A DNA stretch of 64,000 bases, from positions 1-64,000 of the forward strand of contig CAWGKG010000010.1 in NCBI GenBank assembly GCA_963823035.1, written 5' to 3'. A program made the translations under genes and the position numbers. Below are positions 1 through 11,309 of this stretch, one piece after another (position 1 is the first letter of the stretch; each line of letters opens with the position of its first letter). This DNA is from an uncultured Gemmatimonadales bacterium (GTDB taxonomy: Bacteria > Gemmatimonadota > Gemmatimonadetes > Longimicrobiales > Gaopeijiaceae). The notes beneath the pieces were generated by a model, which did not search any database, was not told where the DNA came from, and saw nothing but the letters and a program-made list of their open reading frames with translations.

Positions 1-1796
1 GCCGAGCGTGATCACCTTGCCCCGTTCGCGCGCGCCGCGCGAATCGCCGACCAGACGGCCGGCGAGCTGGCCGAGCGCGTCGGCGCGTTCGCGCCCGCTC
101 ATCCGCTCCGTACGGTCGAGCTCGGAGCGGGCGCTGGCGATCTTGTCGGCCGCCAGGCCGCCCGAGCGCTCGAGCTGGTCGAGGTAGGCCCGCGCCAGCA
201 CGAAGGTGGCCGGCCACACCATCTTCCTCTGCTGCTGCGTGTTGAAGTAGTCGAAGTGCACGGTACGCGCCGCGTCGATCTCGTTCTGCGAGAGCCAGGG
301 GCTCGGCGTCAGCTCGAAGACGTCGAGGCCGCGCGCGATCTCCGAGCTGTACAGGTAGCCGTTGTACCAGTAGACCGACCACGAGCCGGCCAGGACCATC
401 TTGGTGGAGTCCATCGGGCCGCGGTCGAAGTAGGCGATCTCCACCGGATGCTCGGGGTCGGTCCAGTCGAAGACGTCGATGCCGCCCTGGTACCACGCCT
501 GCGCCATGACCTCGCGGCCCGGGATCGGAATCAGCGAGCCGTTGTGTGCGACGCAGTTCTCGAACGAGGTCTGCGCCGCGGGCATCTTGAAGTAGCTCTT
601 GAAGGCGAGGCGGTCGCCCTCGCGCGTGAAGATCGCGTCCGCTCCCCACTCGTACCTGTCGGTGCTCCGGCAACGGGGCTGGCCGCCGCCGCCCCACTCG
701 TCGGTGAAGAGGACCTTCGAGCCGTCGTTGCTGAACGTCGCCGAGTGCCAGAAGGAGAAGTTCGAGTCGGCTGCCGCGTACAGCCTGCGCGGATGCGCGA
801 CGTCGCTGATGTCGAGCAGCAGCCCGTACCCGCCGCAGGCGCCACCGGCGAGCCCCACCTCCGGATAGACGGTGATGTCGTGGCACTGCGTGGGACCCGA
901 CGGCGGGCGCGCGGGGCCCCGGCGGGGGCGACGGTTGGCCACGTCGGCGGGCGGGTCTGCGTGCTTCGCGGGAGCCTCGAGCCCCTCGAAGATGCGCGGG
1001 GAGCTGACGATGTGCGCCCGCGCCGGGTCGGCGAGCGGCACCTGGATGACCTCGATGCGGAAGAGCGCCGAGTTGGGGTCCTCGTCCGGGAGAGAGCCCC
1101 GAACAGCCAGGGAGCTCGTTGGGAGAGCGCACGCCCGCGGAGCCCGACACGTAGACGTAGACGTTGTTCGGGTCCTTCGGATCCTGGACCACCGTGTGGG
1201 TGTGGGAGCCGCGGCAGGTCTGGACGTTGGCGATGTACTTCGGGTTGCTGATGTCGGTCACGTCGAAGATGCGGATGCCGCGCAGCCGCTCGTGGCTCAC
1301 GGTGTCCGGCACGCCCTCGGCGCCGCAGTCGAGGCGGCCGGAGAGCCCTTCGCCGGAGACGAAGAGGAGGTTCTCGTAGACGGACACGTCGCTCTGGGAC
1401 GCCGGGCACACGTAGCCCTCCTTCAGCGTCGGACGGTTCGGCCGGGAGATGTCCCAGACCTGGTAGCCGTTGTAGTTCCCCTGGATCGCGTAGTCGCCGA
1501 GGAACGCGAGGTCGGAGTTGGTCACCCCCAGGAAGTCCTCGGGGGGCGCCGTGTTCGACACGAGACGCAGGTTCCACGTCGCGCTGGCGGCGTCCATCCA
1601 CCCGGCCCCGAGACCGATGCGTGGATCGGGGGACGGGGGTGCCATCGCGGCCCGGTCCATCGGCATGGAGCTCACGCGCGGCCGGGGAGGAGGAAGCCGT
1701 GGCGCACGCGGTGGCCTGCACGACCACCGCGACGGCGGCGGAGACGAGCGCGGTGCGGCGCGCGCTCGGGTTCCGGGGAGATCGGCTGGTGCTCAT
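1..1796 (-). CDS. LVIVD-repeat beta-propeller secreted/lipoprotein (runs off window start; frameshifted)
   Basis: Joined frames give a signal peptide then NSDLAFLGDYAIQGNYNGYQVWDIS, SQSDVSVYENLLFVS, GIRIFDVTDISNPKYIANVQTCRGSHTHT, CHDITVYP, ENCVAHNGSLIP, QAWYQGG; frameshifts near 1660 and 1100-1130. Confidence 0.8.
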
Positions 1797-1845
1797 GTCG
1801 GGTCCGGGCAGGTGTGGGACGGGAGGGTCGCGACGAAGGTACGGA

Positions 1846-2505
1846 TCAGGGGGCGTCGCCCCCGGCGGTGATCGCGTCGAGCATCTGCTGCATGCGCTCG
1901 ATCTCGATCGTCTGATCGGCGAAGATGTCCGACGCCACCTTGTAGACGAAGTCGTCCTGGGCCCCCCCGTACGACGCGAACAGCTCGTCGACCATCATGA
2001 GGGCGCCCTGGTGGTGCGGGATCATGTACTTCAGGAAGAGCCGGTCGAACTCGGGGCCGCGGGCGGCGTCCAGCTCGTCGAGCTGGTCGCCCGTCAGCAT
2101 GCCGACCATGAGGTGGTGGTGCATGCCGACGCGCGTGTCCGCGCTCTCGGGGTCGCCCGACGGGACGGGCTGGTCGTGGTCGCCCAGCCAGGTGCGCATG
2201 GTGCGGATCTCGTCGCGCTGGCCCACGACGACGCGCTCGCAGAAGGCCGTCACCGCCCGGCTCGCTCCATGGGACTCCGCCCATCCGGCGAAGAGCACGG
2301 CCTGCGCGTGATGCGGGATCATCCCGGTCATGAAGCGGACGTCCGCCTCGTTGACGGGCGGGCGGTTCCGGCGCGCGGCCGCTTCGTAGGCCGCCGTGGT
2401 TCCGGCGGCGGGGCCCGCCTCGGGGCGAGGGCCGCCGCCGCACGCCGCCAGGGCGGGCGTGACGAGGGCGAGCGCGAGGAGCGTCGGGGAGGACGACGGC
2501 TTCAT
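1846..2505 (-). CDS. DUF305 ferritin-like lipoprotein
   Basis: Lipobox LAACG; repeated FMTGMIPHHAQAV and FLKYMIPHHQGALMM motifs; ATG at 2505. Confidence 0.9.
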   Translation of the reverse strand: MKPSSSPTLLALALVTPALAACGGGPRPEAGPAAGTTAAYEAAARRNRPPVNEADVRFMTGMIPHHAQAVLFAGWAESHGASRAVTAFCERVVVGQRDEIRTMRTWLGDHDQPVPSGDPESADTRVGMHHHLMVGMLTGDQLDELDAARGPEFDRLFLKYMIPHHQGALMMVDELFASYGGAQDDFVYKVASDIFADQTIEIERMQQMLDAITAGGDAP

Positions 2506-2624
2506 GTTCGACTCCGCGGATCCGGATCGGCCGCGGGGCAGTCGGCGCCGCTCGCGCTTCGTCGTCCACGACCGTCCGGCGATGCTACGCCCTCCGGCGC
2601 GCCTTGGAAAGACCGCGCGACCTG

Positions 2625-5511
2625 CTACGTGCGCGGATCCGGCCGGACCGTGAACGTCCGCTCCTGGCCCTTTCCGTTCACCGTCAGCCGCGCCGTGAAC
2701 GTCCCCGGCAGCGAGACGACCGGAGCCTGCGGCCCGCGCCCGAACCCACCGAAGCCGCGCCGCCGCCCGGTGTTGGGCGTCCACACGGCACGGTGCATCC
2801 CGGCGGAGGTGGCGAACGGTTCGGGCGGCTGCTGCCAGAGCGGCGAGGTCCGCGGGATGCCGCCGCCCTGGCCGCCCGGTCCGCCGCCACGCCCCGAGGC
2901 GGCGCGGTTGGGGAACGTCTCGAGGACCGTGCCGGCCTCGTCGAGGATCTCGAGCGTCACGGAGCCCGAGGCGCCCTGGCCGAGGTAGTAGTCGATGAAC
3001 ACCCCCTCGGGCGGGTTCTGCGCCTGCGGCTCGTCCCTCTGGAAGGGCGTGCCGTTGTCGCCGCCCTGGTCGAAGAGCGTCGTGGCGGCCGGCGCGAAGA
3101 GGAAGGCGTCCGACGCCGCGACCGTCGCGTCCGCCTGGCGAAGCGCCGCGATGCCGTCGATCACCCAGAAGCCGCGGCCGTGCGTGGCCACGATCAGGTC
3201 GCCCTCGTAGATCTGGAAGTCACGCACCGACGTCACGGGGAGGTTGAGCTGGAGCGACTGCCAGTGGTCGCCGTCGTCGAAGGAGACGAAGGTGCCGCGC
3301 TCCGTTCCGGCGAAGAGCAGCCCCTGCCGCTCCGGGTCCTCGCGAACGACGTGGACGTACCCGTCCGCCGGGAGTCCGTCCGTGATCCGCTGCCACGTCT
3401 TCCCCATGTCGCGCGTGCGGTACACGTGGGGGCCGAAGTCCTCGAGCTGGTGGCGGTCCACGCTCGCGTAGGCGGCGTTGAAGTCGAAGTGCGACGCCTC
3501 GATCGTCGACACCCGGCTCCACGATGTCATCTCCGGGGGCGTCACGTCCGTCCACGCCTTCCCGTCGTTCGTGGTGACCTTGACGAGCCCGTCGTCCGTC
3601 CCGATCCACACCATGGGCACGAGGAGCGGGGAAGGGGCCACGGCGTAGATCACACCGCGCTTCCCGTTGCGGTCGGTCTGCGCGGCGGCGGTCGCGTCCA
3701 GGTTCGACGGGACGCCCGGGTCGGGGCGCGTCAGGTCGTCGCTGATGCGCGTCCAGCTGCGCGCGCCGTCCGTGGACTTGAAGAGGTACTGGTTGGCGTA
3801 GTAGAGCGCGCGCGGGTCGGCCTGCGACAGCACCAGCGGCTGCGTCCAGTCGGTGCGCCCCTGCTCGGGCCCTTCGGGCGCGGTGGTGCCCGGAATCGAC
3901 CGGTTCTCCTCCATGTCGTACCGCGACCCCGTGCCCCCGTAGATGATGCCCGGGTGCAGAGGATCGCCGGCGGTGCAGCCGCTCTCCCCGCCGGCGCCGA
4001 CCGGCTCCCAGTCGCGCATCGAGATCTCCGCGAACTTCCCGCGCGAGCGTACCGCCACCGCACCGCTGTCCTGCTGGGCGCCCGTGACCCAGTACGGGAA
4101 GCGGTAGTCGACCGACAGGTGGTAGATCTGCGCGATCGGCTGGTTGAGCCAGGAGCTCCAGGTCACCTCGCGCGCGTCCGCGCGCGCGTTCTGTGTGATG
4201 ATGCAGCCCTGGTCGCTGGACATGATCATCGTGTCGGGCTCGTCCGGCGAGATCCAAGCCTGGTGGTAGTCGTCTCCGCCCGGAGAGCCACGGATCGCCT
4301 CCCACGTATGCCCGCCGTCGCGCGAGCGGGCCACCACCACGTTGGACACGTAGACGAGATCCGCGTCCTCCGGGTCGACCACCACGTGCTCGAAGTACCA
4401 GCCGCGACCCCACAGCCCCGAATCGTCCGAGAGCTTCGTCCAGCTCTCGCCGCCGTCATCGGAGCGGAAGAAGCCGCCCTGTCCCGAGGCCGCCGCCCCG
4501 TAGGCGTTCGCGGCGGGATCCGGCGGCGGGGCGCCGGGCTCCGGCTCGAGGTTGTCGATCACGGCGTAGACGCGATTCGGCTCGCTCGGGCATACCGCGA
4601 TCCCGCTCCGCCCCATCCCCTTCGTGGGGAGGCCGCGCGTCAGCTCCTTCCACGTGTCGCCGCCGTCCGTCGACTTGTAGATGCCTCCGCCGGGGCCGTT
4701 CGTGGGCGCGTACACGAACCAGGGCGGACGGCGCGTGTTCCACAGCCCCGCGTATACGGTGCGTGGGTTCTGCGGGTCGATCACGACCTCGATGGCGCCC
4801 ACGTCCTCGTTCTGGAAGAGCACCTTCTTCCAGCTCTTCCCGCCGTCCTTCGTGCGGAACACGCCGCGGTCGGGATGCGGTCCGTAGAAGTGGCCGATGG
4901 CCGCCACGAACACGATGTCCGGGTTCGTCGGATCGACGGCCACCCTCCCGATGTGCTGCGTGTCCTCGAGGCCGATGTGCGTCCACGTCTTTCCGGCGTC
5001 CGTCGACTTGTACATCCCGTTGCCGTAGCCGACGGAGTCGCGCAGCGTCGATTCCCCCGTTCCCACGTAGACGACGTCGGGCGCCGAAGGCGCCACCGCC
5101 AGCGCGCCGATCGAGGCCACGGGCTGGTCGTCGAAGACCGGCTCCCAGACCCGTCCGGCGTCCACCGACTTCCACACGCCGCCGTTCACCGCGCCGAAGT
5201 AGAACTCGTTGGGCCGACCCGGCACGCCGCTCACCGCATCCACGCGTCCGCTGCGGAACGGTCCGAGGAGCCGCCAGCTCAGCCCGGAGAAGAGGCGCTC
5301 CGGGAGCGGACCGGCGGCGGGGCGGGCGGTCGAGAGGATCCCGTGCGCCAGGTCTTCGGCCGTCGCGCGCCGACGTCGATGCCGCGCCCAGGGCACGGTC
5401 GAGCGTCGGGCCGCCGAGGAGGAGGGCGCCGCCCAGGCGGCCGGCGTCGAGGAAGAAGGTGCGACGCGAGAGCGGGCGATCTTCGGGCGGGCTTGCCACG
5501 TGTGACTCCAC
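2625..5511 (-). CDS. Tat-exported VPS10/sortilin-like BNR-repeat beta-propeller protein (glycosyl hydrolase-like)
   Basis: N-terminus SRRTFFLDAG (Tat) in ORF 4456..5511, frameshift near 5370-5400 into WRLLGPFRSGRV; many S-x-D-G-G-x-T/S-W repeats; ATHGRGFWV near the end. Confidence 0.85.
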
Positions 5512-5722
5512 CGGATGAGGGATCGACGGCCGTCACGAGGAGGGGCAGCGGTGGCCGCCGCCCCTTCCGGGCGGGCGAGTGACGGTGGGGCGTCGCACGC
5601 GGAGGGTCAAGGGAGGGCTCGCCCGCCGGGTCCGGGAGTCGTCCGCGGCGATCCGAGGTCGTAGTCTTCCTGGGCATTCTCGCCCTGCGACGACACGGGT
5701 TCCCCTTCGAGGAGGGAGGCAG

Positions 5723-7192
5723 GTGGTCCACCGGCGCAACCGCACATCGACGACGCTTCTCCTCGCGTTGGCCGCCGTGGGCCTCCACGCCGCCCGCGCC
5801 GACGCGCAGGACGACCCGACCACGTACGTGGAGGAGACCGACCCGCTCGTCCGGGCCAGGTTGGAGCGTTGGCAGGACCTCAAGCTGGGCCTGCTCCTGC
5901 ACTGGGGAACGTACGCGCAGTGGGGGATCGTCGAGTCCTGGTCCCTGTGCTCCGAGGACGAGGACTGGTGCCGCCGCCCCCCGGACAGCGAGTACGGGGC
6001 GTACAAGAAGGCGTACGAGGCGCTCCAGACGACCTTCGATCCCGTGCGCTTCGATCCCGAGCGGTGGGCGAAGGCGGCGTGGGACGCGGGCATGCGCTAC
6101 GTCGTGTTCACGACGAAGCACCACGACGGCTTCTCGATGTTCGACACGAAGCAGACGGACTACCGCATCACGTCCCCGCATACGCCCTTCGGCTCCGACC
6201 CGCGCGCCGACGTTACGCGCGGGATCTTCGACGCCTTCCGCGACCGTGGCTTCATGGTCGGTGCCTACTTCTCGAAGCCCGACTGGCACAGCCCCGACTT
6301 CTGGTGGCCGTACTTCGCGACGCCGGACCGCTACCCGAACTACGACGTGCAGGCGCACCCGGAGCGGTGGGCTCGCTTCGTGGACTTCACGCACGCGCAG
6401 GTCCGGGAGCTGATGAGCGGCTACGGGCCGGTCGACATCCTGTGGCTGGACGGCGGGTGGGTGCGCACGCGCTCGGAGGAGGAGCTGCGCGACATCCGCG
6501 CTCGCCCGGGCTTCCCGAAGCAGAGGGTGCAGAGCCTCGACATCGACATGCCGGGGCTGGTGCGCGAGGCGCGCTCGCTCCAGCCGGGGCTGATCGTGGT
6601 GGACCGCGACGTGCCCGGACCCTACCAGGACTATCTGACCCCCGAGGCACGCGTCCCGGACGCGCCCATCCCGCATCCGTGGGAGGTGCCGATGCCGATG
6701 GCCACGAGCTGGTCGTACGTCCCGGGGGACCCGTACAAGTCGCCCCGGGAGCTCGTGCACATGCTCGTGGACGTGGTCTCCAAGGGGGGGAACCTCCTCT
6801 TGAACATCGGCCCCGGCCCGGACGGCACGTGGGACCCGGACGCGTACGACCGGCTCGCCGCCCTGGGCGCGTGGATGCGCGTGAACGGGCGGGCGATCTA
6901 CGGCACACGCGCCGTCGCGCCGTACGGGGAGGGGAAGGTCCGCCTGACGCGGGGCCCGGACGGCGCGGTCTACGCGCTCTACCTCGCGGACGAGGGCGAA
7001 GCGACCCTGCCGGCCGTGGTCGACGTACCGGGCGTCCATCCGCCCGAAGGGGCCAGGGTCGAGCTGCTCGGCTCCGGGGCGTCGCTGTCGTGGACGGCGA
7101 CGGGGGACGGCGTGCGCATCCGCGTGCCTGCGGGCGTCACCCCGCCGTCGGCGTGGGCGTGGGCGTTCCGCATCGAGTCCGTGGGGCGATGA
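5723..7192 (+). CDS. Alpha-L-fucosidase, GH29 (Sec signal)
   Basis: GGAGG SD then GTG 5723; KLGLLLHWG, TKHHDGFSMF, LWLDGGW, SKGGNLLLNIGP. Confidence 0.92.
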   Translation: MVHRRNRTSTTLLLALAAVGLHAARADAQDDPTTYVEETDPLVRARLERWQDLKLGLLLHWGTYAQWGIVESWSLCSEDEDWCRRPPDSEYGAYKKAYEALQTTFDPVRFDPERWAKAAWDAGMRYVVFTTKHHDGFSMFDTKQTDYRITSPHTPFGSDPRADVTRGIFDAFRDRGFMVGAYFSKPDWHSPDFWWPYFATPDRYPNYDVQAHPERWARFVDFTHAQVRELMSGYGPVDILWLDGGWVRTRSEEELRDIRARPGFPKQRVQSLDIDMPGLVREARSLQPGLIVVDRDVPGPYQDYLTPEARVPDAPIPHPWEVPMPMATSWSYVPGDPYKSPRELVHMLVDVVSKGGNLLLNIGPGPDGTWDPDAYDRLAALGAWMRVNGRAIYGTRAVAPYGEGKVRLTRGPDGAVYALYLADEGEATLPAVVDVPGVHPPEGARVELLGSGASLSWTATGDGVRIRVPAGVTPPSAWAWAFRIESVGR

Positions 7193-8643
7193 GCGCCGGC
7201 GGGCGGCCGCTCACCCGACGGGGCTTCCTCGCGGCGGCGGGTGGCGTGGCCGCGGGCGCAGCGTATAGGCTGCGCGCAACCCCCGCGGCCGGCGCCACCT
7301 CCGCGGCCGGCCTCACGCCCGCGGTCGGCCTCATCCCGGCGGCCCGCCCCACCCCCACCTCCGCGCAGCTCGCCTGGCAGGAGGACGAGCGCGCGCTCTT
7401 CCTCCACTTCGGCATCAACACCTTCACTGGGCGCGAGTGGGGTGACGGCACGGAGGACCCCGCGCTCTTCGCGCCCACCCGCCTCGACGCGCGCTCGTGG
7501 GCACGCACCGCGCGCGCGGCGGGCTTCCGCGCGATGGTCCTCACCGCGAAGCACCACGACGGCTTCTGCCTGTGGCCGACACGGACGACCGCGCATTCCG
7601 TGGCGTCGAGCCCATGGCGCGGCGGGGCCGGTGACGTGGTGCGCGCCTTCACCGACGCGTGCCGGGCGGAAGGGCTGAAGGCGGGGATCTACTGTTCTCC
7701 CTGGGACCGGAACGCGCCGTCCTACGGGGATTCGGAGCGCTACAACGACCTGTACGTGGAGCAGCTCACCGAGCTGTTGTCGCACTACGGGCCGATCCAC
7801 GAGGTCTGGTTCGACGGTGCGAACGGGGAAGGTCCGAACGGCAGGAAGCAGGAATACGACTGGCCGCGCGTCTGGTCGGTGGTCCGCCGCCTGCAGCCGG
7901 AGGCCGTGATCTTCTCGGACGCCGGTCCCGACGTCCGTTGGATCGGCAACGAGACCGGCTCGGCCGGGGATCCCAACTGGTCGACGGTCGATCCGACCGC
8001 GGTCCCTTTCCCGGGGGCGACGGGCGAGGGCGTGATCGACCAGCTCCAGCACGGGGATCCCGACGGCAGCGTCTGGAGGCCGGGCGAGACCGACGTGTCC
8101 ATCCGGCCGGGGTGGTTCCATCACCCGGAGGAGGACGAGCGCGTCCGCTCCGTGGACGACCTGGTCGACCTCTTCTTCACCTCGGTCGGCCGGAACTCCA
8201 AGCTCCTGCTGAACGTGCCGCCCACCGCCACGGGCCTCCTCCACGAGACCGACGTGTCCCGCTTGGTCGGGATGGACGAGGCGCTCGGGGCCATCTTCGC
8301 GCAGGACCTCGCGGACGGCGCGGTCCACACGGCCTCCACGATCCGGGAGCGGAGCGTTTCCGTGGGCATCGACCTCGGGCGCACCTCGCGCGTCGCGGTG
8401 TCCGATCTGCGCGAGGACATCCGCCGCGGGCAGTCGGTGGTCGGCTACGGCCTCGAGGGGCTCGTGGAGGGGAAGTGGCGGACGCTCGTCCGGGGAGGCA
8501 CCATCGGCTACCGGAAGCTCGACCGCTTCGCCCCGACCGCCGTGCGCCACCTCCGGCTGAGCGTGGAAGACGGGTGGGGCCAGCCGGGTCCGATCCGCTT
8601 CGCGGTGTACGCCGATGGATCGCCGGACGGCGCGAGTCGGTAA
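7189..8643 (+). CDS. Alpha-L-fucosidase, GH29 (Tat signal, C-terminal F5/8-like domain)
   Basis: ATGA overlap; TRRGFL Tat motif; LFLHFGINTF, AKHHDGFCLW, VWFDGANGEG, SIRPGWF, SVGRNSKLLLNVPP. Confidence 0.92.
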   Translation: MSAGGRPLTRRGFLAAAGGVAAGAAYRLRATPAAGATSAAGLTPAVGLIPAARPTPTSAQLAWQEDERALFLHFGINTFTGREWGDGTEDPALFAPTRLDARSWARTARAAGFRAMVLTAKHHDGFCLWPTRTTAHSVASSPWRGGAGDVVRAFTDACRAEGLKAGIYCSPWDRNAPSYGDSERYNDLYVEQLTELLSHYGPIHEVWFDGANGEGPNGRKQEYDWPRVWSVVRRLQPEAVIFSDAGPDVRWIGNETGSAGDPNWSTVDPTAVPFPGATGEGVIDQLQHGDPDGSVWRPGETDVSIRPGWFHHPEEDERVRSVDDLVDLFFTSVGRNSKLLLNVPPTATGLLHETDVSRLVGMDEALGAIFAQDLADGAVHTASTIRERSVSVGIDLGRTSRVAVSDLREDIRRGQSVVGYGLEGLVEGKWRTLVRGGTIGYRKLDRFAPTAVRHLRLSVEDGWGQPGPIRFAVYADGSPDGASR

Positions 8644-8736
8644 GCTCCGCGTGTCCAACGGGTACGTACCTCTTGGAGGCGCGGGTCCGGAGGGGCCCGC
8701 CAGGGCGCTGTACTTCTCCCACGGGCTGCCAAGACC

Positions 8737-9147
8737 ATGATCTGCATCACGGCGCGCACCTGCCTCGCGCTCGGCGTCCTCCTGGCGGTCGGCGCCGCGG
8801 GATGCGGCGAGGATCCCACGGGCCAGGCGCCGATCCCGGGTGACCTGGTGGCCACCATGGTGTCGCCCATCGGGGCCGAGGGATCGGCCGTGCTGGAAGT
8901 CGGCTCGGGGACGGTGACCCGGGTCACGTCGGACGACCCCGACCTCCTCGTCTACCGTGTGGCGACCCAGCCCGTGCGGATCGTGGCCTTCCGCGGCGGG
9001 CCCGGCGCGATCGTCTTCCGGGTGCACACGGACGACGTCATGCGGCCCCCGGAGCTGCGCGTCGTCGAGGTCGGCGCGCCGGACGACGCGCTCCGCACCA
9101 ACCTGGGCGGCTACTCGGTCACGCTCGTCGAGGAGAGCGGATCGTGA
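8737..9147 (+). CDS. Small beta-rich lipoprotein (cohesin-like fold proposed)
   Basis: Lipobox AAGC; ~110-aa mature part of alternating hydrophobic strands; GTGA overlap with the protease gene. Confidence 0.7.
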   Translation: MICITARTCLALGVLLAVGAAGCGEDPTGQAPIPGDLVATMVSPIGAEGSAVLEVGSGTVTRVTSDDPDLLVYRVATQPVRIVAFRGGPGAIVFRVHTDDVMRPPELRVVEVGAPDDALRTNLGGYSVTLVEESGS

Positions 9148-11030
9148 CCCGCGCGGCCGCGGTGGCGGTGCTCCTCGCGCTCACTGCGGTGCCGACCTCG
9201 GCACAGTACGTGGAGCCGTTCGCTCGCCGGCCGGGGGTGAGGATCCCGGTCGATCGTTTCCCCGACATGGCGCCTGGAGGCGGCCAAGCTGGGTTTCGCG
9301 GCGCCGGGGGCGGTGCTCTCCCCATCCCGCATCGAGCGGAGGGGTGCGCGGGGGATGGTGGTGATCCCGGCGCTCTTCGCCGACTCGCCCGAGCCGTTCC
9401 TCACGGCCGAGGAGATGCAGACGGCGCTCTTCGACGGGCCCTCGCCGCGCGGCACGGTGGGCGACTTCTACACCGACCAGTCGGGTGGTGTGTTCACGAT
9501 CGCCGGCCAGGTGATGCCGTGGGTGCGCACCTCGGTCACGCTCCAGGGGGCGGCGGGCGACGACGGGACGTTCGGGCCCGAGATGCGCGACTACATTCGC
9601 GAGGCGATCACGCTGACGGACGAGAGCGTCGACTTCGGCCAGTTCGACAACGACGGGCCCGACGGCATCCCCAACTCGGGGGACGACGACGGCGCCATCG
9701 ACGGCATCACGATCCAGTACCTGGAGATCGCCGGCAGTTGCGGCGGACCGGGCATCTGGCCGCACCTGAGCGGGCTCTTCGGGGAGGACGGCGCGCCCTT
9801 CGCCACACAGGACCTCCGCCCCGACGGGAGCCCGATCGTCGTGCAGGTCTACATCGCGGACTCCGCGGTGGGCTGCTCCGGGACGCACGTGCAGGGACCG
9901 GAGGTCATGGTCCACGAGATCGGCCACCTGATCGGGCTTCCCGACTACTACCGACAGGCCGAGGGGCTGCAGCCGTGGCAGCGGCACTGGGCCGTGGGCT
10001 GTTTCGACACCATGGGCGCCGGCTCGTGGGGGTGCGGGTCGGGCACGAAGGCGGAGGACTTCGGACCGACGGGGCTGTCGGCGCTCTCCCGTGCGATGCT
10101 CGGGTGGGCGACGCTCGACACGATCGGCGAGGTGACGGACCAGGAGTACACGCTCGATCCTCTACAGGAGGGGCTGCGGGCGATCGAGATCCCGCTCACG
10201 GAGAACGGCGCCGAGTCGTTCATCATCGAGTACCGCCCGCGCGTCGGCTACGACGCGGATCTTCCCGCGAGCGGCGTGCTCGTGTACCACCGCGACCGCG
10301 ACGCGCGGCCCGACCGGTGGATCCCGCCCGAGCTGCCGCCGGCCTATGGCTACCAGCTCGTGGAGGCCGACGGCGACGACGCCCTCCTCAAGGTGGAGGC
10401 GGAGGGTGGCAACCGCGGTGCCGCGACCGACGTCTTCGCCCGCGACGGAGCCGTCGATTCGATCGTCGACGCGGACGTCGCAGCCGTCCACGCGCGACCA
10501 CCTCGGTCGGCCGACCCGGGTGCGTATCCGCGAGATCCGCGTGGCGGACGGCGTGGCCCACGTGCGCGTCTCCACGACCGAGGGCTTCGCCGTGGTGAGC
10601 CGGGACGCTCCCCCGATCGTCGAGGGGGGCCGGCTGTTCGCCATGAGCGCGGAGCTCCAGGGGGGCGGGCTTCCCCTCGAGGTCTCGCAACTCCAGGAGC
10701 CGGGCGCACCCACCGGGCTGACGATCGCCGCGACCGGGCGTACGGTCGTGCGTGACGGGCACCCCGCTCGACCCCGGGCCTTTCCACGTCTCGCTGCGCA
10801 TCCGTGACGCCGTCGGGCACGAGGTGGTGGAGCGCATGAGCACCACCGTCATCGATCCGGGCATTGGCGAGACTGCGCTCGCCGCGGCCGCCGGAGGCGT
10901 GGCCGACGCCATCGCACCGGACGAGGCGATCTACCTCGACCACGCCGGCAACCGCAACGGCCGGCTCGACGTGGCGGACGTACGAGCGTTGCTGGTGCGG
11001 ACCGGGGTGCTGCGGCCGCCGGGCGGTTGA
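9144..11030 (+). CDS. M6 (immune inhibitor A-like) metalloprotease with Ig-like domain and C-terminal dockerin/EF-hand-like motif (frameshifted)
   Basis: Signal peptide; DFGQFDNDGPDGIPNSGDDDG; HEIGHLIGLPDYY zinc motif; GVLVYH; tail YLDHAGNRNGRLDVADVRALL; frameshifts near 9290, 10470, 10750. Confidence 0.85.
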
Positions 11031-11072
11031 TCGCGCCCGGAGCCTGGTCCGGCGGTCGCGGACGGCGCTGGT

Positions 11073-11309
11073 TCAGCGCTTCGCGTCCAGCAGGCGCATC
11101 GCCGCGGCGGAGTCCCCTCGCGCCATCTCCCCGCCCGGCATGACGTCGAGCATCGAGTCGCGCATCGCCTCGTCGTGCATCGCGTTCACCACGGGCATGC
11201 TGTCGGGCATCTCCATCCGCTCGGGCATGTCCTGCTCCCTGCGGCAACCCCCCGCCGCGCCGAGCAGGACACCCACCGCGACCAGCGCGCTCAGACCCCG
11301 CCGTACCAT
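11073..11309 (-). CDS. Methionine-rich small lipoprotein (78 aa)
   Basis: ATG 11309, lipobox AGGC, mature 57 aa containing 10 Met; overlaps 3' end of the molybdo-oxidoreductase gene. Confidence 0.75.
   Translation of the reverse strand: MVRRGLSALVAVGVLLGAAGGCRREQDMPERMEMPDSMPVVNAMHDEAMRDSMLDVMPGGEMARGDSAAAMRLLDAKR

Noticed and set aside
2604..5582. Long antisense or off-frame ORFs (also 21227-23545, 35030-37375, 42859-45837, 57062-59380)
   Set aside because: Arg/Pro/Gly-rich shadows of real high-GC genes with no independent motifs
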